Shown here one piece after another: positions 29,294 to 37,300 of a DNA stretch of 64,000 nucleotides. A model generated the notes under the pieces. It was not told where the DNA came from and did no database searches. It saw only the letters and a list, made by a program, of their open reading frames with translations. Numbering within the stretch: position 1 is the stretch's first letter; each line of letters opens with the position of its first letter. The stretch lies in IMG/VR virus record IMGVR_UViG_3300047283_000054. One strand, written 5' to 3'. Source of the stretch: a virus. Lineage: Duplodnaviria > Caudoviricetes. The position numbers were made by a program, and so were the translations under genes.

Positions 29294-30394
29294 TCACTCA
29301 CCAGCTTGCACAATGTACTTGCCGTATTTTTTGTGAAACTCATCAAAGTTTTTCAACTGACTTGGCTCAATGGGCAACTTGTAAGTCTTAAGTGCAATCT
29401 TTGCACCCATCACAACTAACTCAGTCTCAAAGTTTGCCATGATGTAGTTAAAGAAGTTGTCAGCCATTTCGTGGAACTTCTTACTATCCACTTTCTTATT
29501 CTCAAGTGCATCACGCAATTCATAGCACATTGAAATAGTCAATGAATACATAGCCGAGATTTCTTTAACTGCAAGGTCCTTCACTTTACCTGACAGAATA
29601 TCACTGGGCTCGGGCATACGACCTGCAACTTTGCGGTGTGCCGCAAACTTAACAGCAAGACCTTCACCAACAGCACCACTGATCAAATTGAACAATGTAT
29701 CGGCATCAGTATCATCCTCGTCATTCAACAAGTCACTAACGAAACACCAGCTACGTGGAGTAGCGAATGCACGGCTTGATGATTTACTATCAAACTCATA
29801 CAGGTCCTGTTTAGCGAATGATAGATAACCTACAACGTCTTTATGAATAGCTTTATTCACAGCCCAAGTCTGCCAAGCAGTAAAATCGGCTCGCATTTCT
29901 AAGTGTAAGAAACGATTAGCAAGGGGCATCGGCATACGATATGTAACGCCTTTGTCACTGTCACGATTACCTGCCGCAACGATAACAACATTATCGGGCA
30001 ATACATACTTACCAACTCTACGATTCAAAATCAGTTGATAGCCAGCTGCCTGTACTGCAGGTGATGCACTATTCATTTCATCTAAAAACAATACCACGAT
30101 CGGATATTGACTTGCAAGTTCCTCATCGGGCAAGTCAACTGGTGCCGCCCAATCCATCTTATTGATATCACGATTGAAGTATGGGATACCACGAATATCT
30201 GTAGGCTCCATTTGTGCCATACGCAAGTCAATCACGTGACCACCAAGCTCGTCAGCAACTTCTGCTACAACTTCACTTTTGCCGATACCGGGCGGACCCC
30301 ACAAAAAGAGTGGGCGTTTTGCCTTGAAAGCTTTAAGAATAGCTTTGCGGGCTTGAACTGACGTAATCGTCAGATTATCTGATACTGATGCCAT
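29294..30394 (-). CDS. MoxR-like AAA+ ATPase
   Basis: GPPGIGKS, LFLDE, AAGNR, LANRF, TPRSW. Confidence 0.88.
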   Translation of the reverse strand: MASVSDNLTITSVQARKAILKAFKAKRPLFLWGPPGIGKSEVVAEVADELGGHVIDLRMAQMEPTDIRGIPYFNRDINKMDWAAPVDLPDEELASQYPIVVLFLDEMNSASPAVQAAGYQLILNRRVGKYVLPDNVVIVAAGNRDSDKGVTYRMPMPLANRFLHLEMRADFTAWQTWAVNKAIHKDVVGYLSFAKQDLYEFDSKSSSRAFATPRSWCFVSDLLNDEDDTDADTLFNLISGAVGEGLAVKFAAHRKVAGRMPEPSDILSGKVKDLAVKEISAMYSLTISMCYELRDALENKKVDSKKFHEMADNFFNYIMANFETELVVMGAKIALKTYKLPIEPSQLKNFDEFHKKYGKYIVQAGE

Positions 30395-30425
30395 TAGATG
30401 CTCCTGTTAAAAATTTGATATATGA

Positions 30426-30454
30426 AGTATAGTAGAAAACTGATTTATTGTCAA
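30426..30454 (-). promoter_or_regulatory. Sigma70-type early promoter TTGACA-17-TATACT
   Basis: Consensus -35, 17-nt spacer. Confidence 0.8.
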
Positions 30455-30527
30455 ATTTTGAGTTGTTGTTTATTTACAACATCTGCCCACTTGATAAACT
30501 AGTCAGTTTTCTAGCTTCAATACAAGT

Positions 30528-30556
30528 ATTGTATCACCGATTCGATTTATTGTCAA
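30528..30556 (-). promoter_or_regulatory. Sigma70-type early promoter TTGACA-17-TACAAT (tandem upstream promoter)
   Basis: Consensus elements; shares 21 bp with the promoter at 1781-1801. Confidence 0.8.
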
Positions 30557-30557
30557 A

Positions 30558-30854
30558 TTACGGCAGTTTTGTGTATGCTCTACTCAGCATAGTTTGCAAT
30601 AGAGTGCTGGCCCTACTTACGTTAAAGTTTTCTTGACGATAGTGCCATTTTTTCTTACGTTCTGCAATTTCTAGTAGGTCCATTAATTGATACTTGTCTT
30701 TTAGATCACTTGTGCCCATAAGCATTTTCTGCATATCTACAATATCTAAACTGTACTCTACCCATTTCATTGTGCTATCAATTCTTTTCTTAGGGATCAT
30801 TAGTGGCCCATCGATTGATTTACTGTACTTCAATACATAATTTGCTATCTTCAT
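30558..30854 (-). CDS. Hypothetical early protein
   Basis: 98-aa ORF with SD AAGGAC and its own promoter. Confidence 0.75.
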   Translation of the reverse strand: MKIANYVLKYSKSIDGPLMIPKKRIDSTMKWVEYSLDIVDMQKMLMGTSDLKDKYQLMDLLEIAERKKKWHYRQENFNVSRASTLLQTMLSRAYTKLP

Positions 30855-30881
30855 AATAGGTCCTTAGTTAAATGAAACTCT

Positions 30882-30910
30882 ATTATAGACCCAAAATGAT
30901 TTATTGTCAA
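30882..30910 (-). promoter_or_regulatory. Sigma70-type early promoter TTGACA-17-TATAAT
   Basis: Perfect consensus; the -35 overlaps the upstream gene's TGA. Confidence 0.88.
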
Positions 30911-31500
30911 TTTTTAGGCAAAGTAAAATACCATATAGATGTTTTTGGGATGATTGTTACTTGTTGTTTTAGTAAGTCTTCCATGTATTCAACATTTGTA
31001 TTTACATCTGGTATCCTACGGTCCTCATACCAATCATGTCCTAAAAACATTCCTCCTGGTTTGATTTTTGGTAACCAAAAATCAATGTTGTCTCGGTCAC
31101 TAGGGTTGTGATGCGATGCATCTAAAAAAATAAAATCTATGGGCTTTGTCCAATCTTTTACCACTTCGGGACTAGACCCTTGTATTGCAACAATGTTTTT
31201 TCGATCCTCTGTATTTTTTAAGAAAGTCTCTTTTATATTATAACTTCCTTTAGGTGGCAAATTATTTTTGGCAATTACTTCATCACTAAATTGCGGATCA
31301 TATGCATCTCTACCATCCCAAAGATCAATACAATATAATGTACCCTTATGAATTGCTACAGATATTGCATAACTACTTCTACCATGCAGGCATCCAACCT
31401 CTACACCAACACAATCTGGATGATTGTATTTCAATAATAATTTAATTGTTTCTGTTTGATGCGGGCCAGAAAACCAACCCAAGATATTGTTCATGTTCAT
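30907..31500 (-). CDS. Class I SAM-dependent methyltransferase (Methyltransf_24-like)
   Basis: VEVGCLHGRS, CIDLW, FIFLDASH, KPGG...GHDW. Confidence 0.82.
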   Translation of the reverse strand: MNMNNILGWFSGPHQTETIKLLLKYNHPDCVGVEVGCLHGRSSYAISVAIHKGTLYCIDLWDGRDAYDPQFSDEVIAKNNLPPKGSYNIKETFLKNTEDRKNIVAIQGSSPEVVKDWTKPIDFIFLDASHHNPSDRDNIDFWLPKIKPGGMFLGHDWYEDRRIPDVNTNVEYMEDLLKQQVTIIPKTSIWYFTLPKN

Positions 31501-31751
31501 TTCATTAGATTAGCCATCAATACTAGTTTTTCTAAGTGATTGATTGCTGTATTGATTTCTTTTACTCTATCATCAAGCATACTGTATTTGCCTGTTCTGC
31601 GTAGATTGACTTCAAGTTTACTTAATTCACTTACCATTTTACCAATATTCAAATGCATACGTACTAGATCGGGATTATAGCCAATGCCATTCATTTGACT
31701 ACTTAAGTCAATGCTAACTTGATTCCAATCTATTGCACGTTCTATTTTCAT
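31497..31751 (-). CDS. Hypothetical protein
   Basis: 84-aa ORF; TTGACA-17-TACATT upstream. Confidence 0.7.
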   Translation of the reverse strand: MKIERAIDWNQVSIDLSSQMNGIGYNPDLVRMHLNIGKMVSELSKLEVNLRRTGKYSMLDDRVKEINTAINHLEKLVLMANLMK

Positions 31752-31789
31752 ATCGCTAATGTAACATAGTATGATATTTATGTCAACAA

Positions 31790-31812
31790 AAAAGGCTCAT
31801 AAAGAGCCTTTT
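31790..31812 (-). terminator. Intrinsic terminator
   Basis: AAAAGGCTC-ataaa-GAGCCTTTT. Confidence 0.75.
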
Positions 31813-31828
31813 ATAATAGTATATTAAA

Positions 31829-32731
31829 TTACGCTACGAATGGAGTATATTCGATACCAGTTGTTGCTAGTCCAACTAAACCTATAGTTGTTTCAAATGC
31901 GGATAACTCACTTGCGGCTACTAAAACATCTGCTTGACTTAGATTACTAGAAGTCATCCAAGTCGTGTATTCATTGACTTGCGCCAATGTAGCATCAGTG
32001 CCAAATACGTTTTTGTAAACGTGCTTGATAAATGTTTCATTGCTAACACCACCGGCGTCAGTTTTGTATGTATCAGTAGCAAGCAAGGCTGTTGCTAATT
32101 CTTTGTTAGTCCAACCGGCGTCAGCAAGATGTATACCGATGCCTTTGTATGCATTAGTTACATCGGCTGTACCTAATGCGGCTGCTAGTAATGCATAAAC
32201 ATCACCTGCACGACCTGTGGCATCAAATGCGATACCTTTGTTGTCAAACACAACACGCTCATGGTCTGCTAATGTAAATGTAACATTAGTTGCGACTGTG
32301 CTTACTGCTGTGATTTTGTCTGCGGCTTTGGTAATTGTGAAGTCTGTGCTTGCGCCATTTAGTGTGTATGTGTCAATGCCGGTTGTACCGGTTACATCAA
32401 CAGCAACATCAACAGTGCCATCACCTACACGACCTGTACCAACAGCACCAAACGTAGCAATCTTACCTGCGGTACCAACTGTTGCAACAGTTAGTATCAG
32501 GTTGTTTGTAACGTTCACACCGCCAAGTGCAGAACCAAGAATAGTGATTGTATCACCGGCAACATAGCCAGAACCAGCACTTGCGGCTAGACTGTCTAAA
32601 CTTGCTGTGTAAACACCGTTAGTTTTTACTACGTCAAAAACTGCATCAATTCCTGCACCACCTGTCAAACCTGTAACGTTTTGATATGTAGCATTAATTG
32701 GCTTGTCTTTAATTGTAATTGTTGTTGTCAT
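31829..32731 (-). CDS. Thr/Gly/Ala-rich protein with C-terminal DUF4214/S-layer-like domain
   Basis: GSGYVAGDTITI in the N-terminal part; DHERVVFDNKGIAFD...AGDVYALLAAALG...NETFIKHVYKNVFG resembles DUF4214 proteins. Confidence 0.6.
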   Translation of the reverse strand: MTTTITIKDKPINATYQNVTGLTGGAGIDAVFDVVKTNGVYTASLDSLAASAGSGYVAGDTITILGSALGGVNVTNNLILTVATVGTAGKIATFGAVGTGRVGDGTVDVAVDVTGTTGIDTYTLNGASTDFTITKAADKITAVSTVATNVTFTLADHERVVFDNKGIAFDATGRAGDVYALLAAALGTADVTNAYKGIGIHLADAGWTNKELATALLATDTYKTDAGGVSNETFIKHVYKNVFGTDATLAQVNEYTTWMTSSNLSQADVLVAASELSAFETTIGLVGLATTGIEYTPFVA

Positions 32732-32851
32732 AAATTTCCTTTATATATAAAATAACTCAATAAGTATATAGTGTTTCTACTAGTACTGTCAAGGTTAATC
32801 CTGGATAAGGATGTGATCCGGATCACAACCTTGGATGGAAATATGGTAAAA

Positions 32852-32869
32852 AAGAGCCTTTTGGCTCTT
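32852..32869 (-). terminator. Intrinsic terminator after pstS
   Basis: AAGAGCC-4nt-GGCTCTT followed by a U run on the minus strand. Confidence 0.7.
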
Positions 32870-32914
32870 AGTGCTGGTTACGAGACTCCGGCCACACTCT
32901 ATCTTGTGTGCGAT

Positions 32915-33922
32915 TTACTTAATCTGTGTCCAAACACGTTCACGTATCTGTTTTGTTAGTGCATCGGGTAATGGTACATAATCTAAATCTACTGCATCTT
33001 TCTTGCCATTCTTAAATGCCCAGTCAAAGAACTTTAATACTTCATCGCTGTTGGCTTTATTATTAGAATTCTTGTACATGATAATAAAACTTGCCGAACT
33101 AACTGGCCATGCATCAGGATTCTTTTGATCCACAATGCTCAATCCCATACCTGGAACACTAAACCAATCAGCACCATCTGCGGCTGCGGCAAATGTTACA
33201 TCATCTGGACTAACATACTTGCCACTTTTGTTTTGTAGTTGTAAGAATATCATTTTGTTCTTTTTAACATAAGCATACTCTACATAACCGATACTACCTT
33301 TGATGCGGTTGACGTTGGCGGCAACACCTTCGTTGCCTTTGCCGCCCACTGAATTTACTGCTGGCCATTTAACTGCGGCACCACGACCTACTTTGCTCAA
33401 CCACTCAGGACTTACTGTAGCGAGATAGTCTGTCCAGTTGAATGTTGTACCACTGCCATCAGCACGGTGAACAACGGTAATTTCTACGTCAGGTAGTTTC
33501 TTGCCTGGATTCAGTGCTACTAACTTAGGATCATTCCACTTAGCAATAGTACCCATGAATACTTCAGCCATAACTGGTCCAGTAATCCTTAGTTCACCTG
33601 GTTTGAATCCGTCTAAGTTTACTACAGGAACTGTTCCGCCAATGATAGCAGGGAATTGTACCTGTTTATTCTTATCTAAGTTTTCACCAGTTACTGGAGC
33701 ATCTGTTGCTCCAAAGTCTACTGTCTTTGCATTGATTTGTCTGATACCACCCGATGAACCAATTGACTGATAGTTCATGCCAGTGCCAGTAGCTTTTTTA
33801 TATCCTTCTGCCCATTTGGCATAGATTGGGAACGGAAATGTAGCCCCTGCACCTGTAATGTCTGCTCCAACTGCAACTGTTGATATTAACAATGCACCTA
33901 ATAATGCTGTTATTTTTTTCAT
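32915..33922 (-). CDS. pstS: Phosphate ABC transporter substrate-binding protein PstS
   Basis: Signal peptide, ITGAGATFP, YQSIGSSGG, DFGATD, HRADGSGTT, GYVEYAY; true start ATG 33922 with SD AAGGAG. Confidence 0.95.
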   Translation of the reverse strand: MKKITALLGALLISTVAVGADITGAGATFPFPIYAKWAEGYKKATGTGMNYQSIGSSGGIRQINAKTVDFGATDAPVTGENLDKNKQVQFPAIIGGTVPVVNLDGFKPGELRITGPVMAEVFMGTIAKWNDPKLVALNPGKKLPDVEITVVHRADGSGTTFNWTDYLATVSPEWLSKVGRGAAVKWPAVNSVGGKGNEGVAANVNRIKGSIGYVEYAYVKKNKMIFLQLQNKSGKYVSPDDVTFAAAADGADWFSVPGMGLSIVDQKNPDAWPVSSASFIIMYKNSNNKANSDEVLKFFDWAFKNGKKDAVDLDYVPLPDALTKQIRERVWTQIK

Positions 33923-33973
33923 GTAATAGTCTCCTTGTGTGTTAGTATTACACAAATATTTAATCAGAAAACT

Positions 33974-34002
33974 GTGACAGTAATGTGACAATCGTGTGAA
34001 AC
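33974..34002 (-). promoter_or_regulatory. Pho box (three 11-bp-spaced half sites)
   Basis: GTTTCAC-acga-TTGTCAC-atta-CTGTCAC upstream of pstS matches the PhoB CTGTCAT/C-N4 repeat. Confidence 0.8.
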
Positions 34003-34009
34003 CAAAAGA

Positions 34010-34031
34010 AAAGGGCAACTAGTTGCCCTTT
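34010..34031. terminator. Perfect 22-bp palindrome; terminator after tmRNA
   Basis: AAAGGGCAACTAGTTGCCCTTT. Confidence 0.75.
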
Positions 34032-34372
34032 CTGTTATTTTCTGTTACGAGGTATAACTACCCTAAGCGGCGTAATCTCACGCGGCTAAGGCAAAATGTT
34101 CGTCATTTGCATTTACGGTTTTTGCTTCTTCGGCCGGGAAACTCCCAACCCTAACGGCTTCTACCTTGCCGGACTGTCCATTTCGTTACTCTTGACCCAA
34201 TCGATCCTGTGTCAGGCCCATCATAAAAACACAATACCAAAGTAAATTTATCTAGAATACCAAAGTAAATTTATCTAGAATACCAAAGTAAATTTATATG
34301 TTCTTATGGTGGACCTGGCGGGCACTGCCCCCGCGTCTTGAATCCTTTTTACTCTACTTCATACAGTCTTAA
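34032..34372 (-). ncRNA. ssrA: Circularly permuted (two-piece) tmRNA; tag (A)ANDEHFALAA
   Basis: The acceptor piece, with T-arm GCGGG-GGCAGUG-CCCGC and 3' CAGGUCCACCA (ends 34307), comes before the coding piece that starts GGGCCUG (34219). The acceptor stem has 7 bp with G3:U70. Tag ORF GCA AAT GAC GAA CAT TTT GCC TTA GCC GCG TGA at 34110-34078. Confidence 0.93.
34233..34297. repeat. 23-bp tandem repeat (2.8 copies) in the tmRNA intervening segment
   Basis: AATACCAAAGTAAATTTATCTAG at 34233-34255 and 34256-34278; partial copy at 34279-34297. Confidence 0.95.
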
Positions 34373-34373
34373 C

Positions 34374-37300
34374 TCATAAGTATTTAGTATTAAAATACTT
34401 TTGCAACCAAGGCCAATCATAACTTAAACGTAATTTGTCTAACTCACCATTGACTTGTTCAAAGTATTCTACAGCATCTAATGCACCATTGATACTATAT
34501 TGGGCAAACGGGCCTTCACCTTTAGTCAACCAAGCATCTAGTCTATATTTGCTATCGTCACTAGTACTTGCACGTAGTTTGATTGCTTCTCTAAACGCAG
34601 TACGCCAAGTACTCCATTCGTCTGTATTAAACATTGCTACACCACTATTCATATCAACAACTTCGTGTTCGTTGTCTAATGTGAAGTCTAATCCAGTACC
34701 TTGATTACCTAACACAATCTTCTTATTGTAAGCAATCATAGCTTGGTGGCCGTATACTAATCCATTAACAGGGTTAGTAGCGTGGAAGATGTAATGCTTA
34801 GGTACTTGAAGTCTATCAGGTTGCCAAGAGAAGTCAAATTTATCATTAACACGCAACTTAGCAAATACAGTGAACATCCAAGGTGTGGTACTTGCTTCAG
34901 CTGCCGCATGATAAGCCTGCACACGACCATTGACTCCATCAACTCTAACGACTCTATTATTTAATCCCTTAGTCACTTTTAGCAAGTGTTCATAGTTCTC
35001 GTCAGATCCAGTTTCACCATTACTTAGGAAGACTATATCTAACGGTTTAGATTTAGTTAGAGATTTAGCACGTGAGATGTATGGGTAATCATATAACTCA
35101 TTCTCTACATAATCTTTAGCTTCTTTGGGAACAATTATTCGTGTTGCACCCGTACTTGTAATCAAAATGTTCTTAGTATCAGGTGTCCACAAACTAATAG
35201 GTTCAATATCTTGTATATCTAATCCTTTGTTATCTTCCGTGACAAACGTAGCATAAGGCCAATCAAAATCAGTATGAATATTAGTGACATGGGTATCTTC
35301 TTTCGTAATAATTATAGGTGCGGGTAATCGTTTTACTCTTTGATGTTGATTGTAGTTAACCTTTTCATAGTCTTCCATCATAATCATATCATCAATCAAT
35401 GATTTGAATTTGTTTACATCAATTAAAAATGTGTCTCCAAATTTCTGTTTATCACTAGGGAACACATGTAATTGCTCTCTAGCATATGGATCACATATAT
35501 AGCTGAAGTCAAAATTTTCATAATCACATATACTTGAACAGATCCAAAGATAATGTTCTTTTCTAGTGTCTAATTTTTTTAATATCTCTTTGAATGTTTT
35601 TAGGTAGCTATGCTTATAGTCAACTGTAGTTATAGATTTATTATCAATCTTAGATTTGATAACTTCATTTACATTTGACTTGTTTCCATGATTGATTAAT
35701 ATCACATCATACAATGAACCTTCTGCTTTGGCTCTCTTATCTTTAACAAAGTTAAGCATACTTAAATGTTCAATGATTTTGACATATTTGGTATCTTCAT
35801 TGAATGAGTTCTTGTTCACCAAGTATGTATTACCCCAATGAGTCCATTGACTACCGAACACATGAATCATTCGTTTTTGCCAAGGATTAGGGTTATAGTC
35901 AAAGCTAAACTCAGTATAATCTAATTCACTAGACAATACCCAAAACAGTTCAGTTGTACTTTTAGATGTGCAACGTGATATTGTTTCTACCCATGAATTC
36001 AAATATCTAGTTTTCTGAATAGCAGGAAATTGTAATTTTAGTTTTTCAAATCTATACCTGCTTTCACTATTGCCCTTATCAACAAAGAACATATCACGGT
36101 GTATTATCTTTTGAATAACTTCGTCAGTAGTTTCAACTACAATGTTTTCTCTTGCGGATTCATCATAGTCTAATGTAATTGTTGTTTTAAAGTCAGGTAC
36201 AATGTAAACAGGACCATCAGTACCCCACTCATATCGTGCAGGATCTTTGTTAGGATTAGGTCTCCAAGAGAAGTCAAATGCTTTCAAGTCTAATTCATTA
36301 CGAACCAACCAGTTAGTCATATTCACTTTAGGAGTAGCAATGATAGAGTCTAAGAATTTGTACTCAGTCGCACCCTCAACACGATACATCACAGTGGGTT
36401 CTGTTTCAGCATCATTCCATTTATTACCAAATACATAGATGAAAGGTGGCTCTAATGGATCAGGTCTCCAGCTAAAATCAAACTTAGAAATAGACAACAA
36501 TATTTCCCACTGAGGATCCTTCTCAGTAGATTTTACCATAGCGACAGCATCCTCTATGTATTTGTATTCAGTTGCCCCGGGTACAGTATAAGATACAGTG
36601 GGTTCCATGAAGCAATTGTTCCATTGATTACCCCATACGTATATGTATGGTGGACTGTCAGGGTGTGGTCTCCAACTAAAGTCAAAGTTATCTACTGGGA
36701 TAAGTGTCTCCCAGTTTTCAGTAGTAGGTGCAACATTAGCAGTTACATCATTAATATATTTCTTTTGTGTTGCCCCAGGCACAGTATAGATAACAGTCGG
36801 CTCAGTAACAGCATCAAACCATTGATTACCAAACACGTAGATGAACGGTTCTTCTGTGGTATCTGGATGCCAACTATAGTCAAAATCTTTTACAGGAATT
36901 AATGTTTCCCAATTATCTTTGTTTGATAATGCTTTTGCCTTTGTTACATCAACATATTGTATATCGCTATCTTCTGTGCATCCGACTGCATAGAACTTAG
37001 GACCGCCTGTTCGTTGCCATTGCGTTCCAAATTGATATATCAAAGGTGCGTGGTCTATATCAGGATGCCAACTAAAATCAAAATCAGTTGTATCAATACC
37101 TTCAGGTATTGTCCAATGCATCTTATCTTGTTTGGCTGTTGCTATCTGTGCATCAATATATTTTATTTCGGTTGCACCAGGTACAACATATCTAGGGCCT
37201 CCGGTGCGTGTCCATTGGTCAGGAAATTGATAGATGAATGGTTCTTCCGTCGAATCAGGATGCCAACTAAAATCAAATTTAGATTGGTCTATATTTTTAG

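Noticed and set aside
33923-34018. N-terminal extension of PstS in the ORF track (start 34018)
   Set aside because: It runs through the terminator and Pho box; the SD and signal peptide identify ATG 33922 as the start.
34233-34297. Possible mini-CRISPR array
   Set aside because: The 23-bp units are directly adjacent with no spacers, there are no cas genes, and the repeat lies inside the tmRNA intervening segment.
34307-34340. Stand-alone tRNA or attP-like tRNA 3' fragment
   Set aside because: It pairs with GGGCCUG at 34219 and is followed by a tag ORF, so it is the acceptor piece of a permuted tmRNA; no integrase is nearby.
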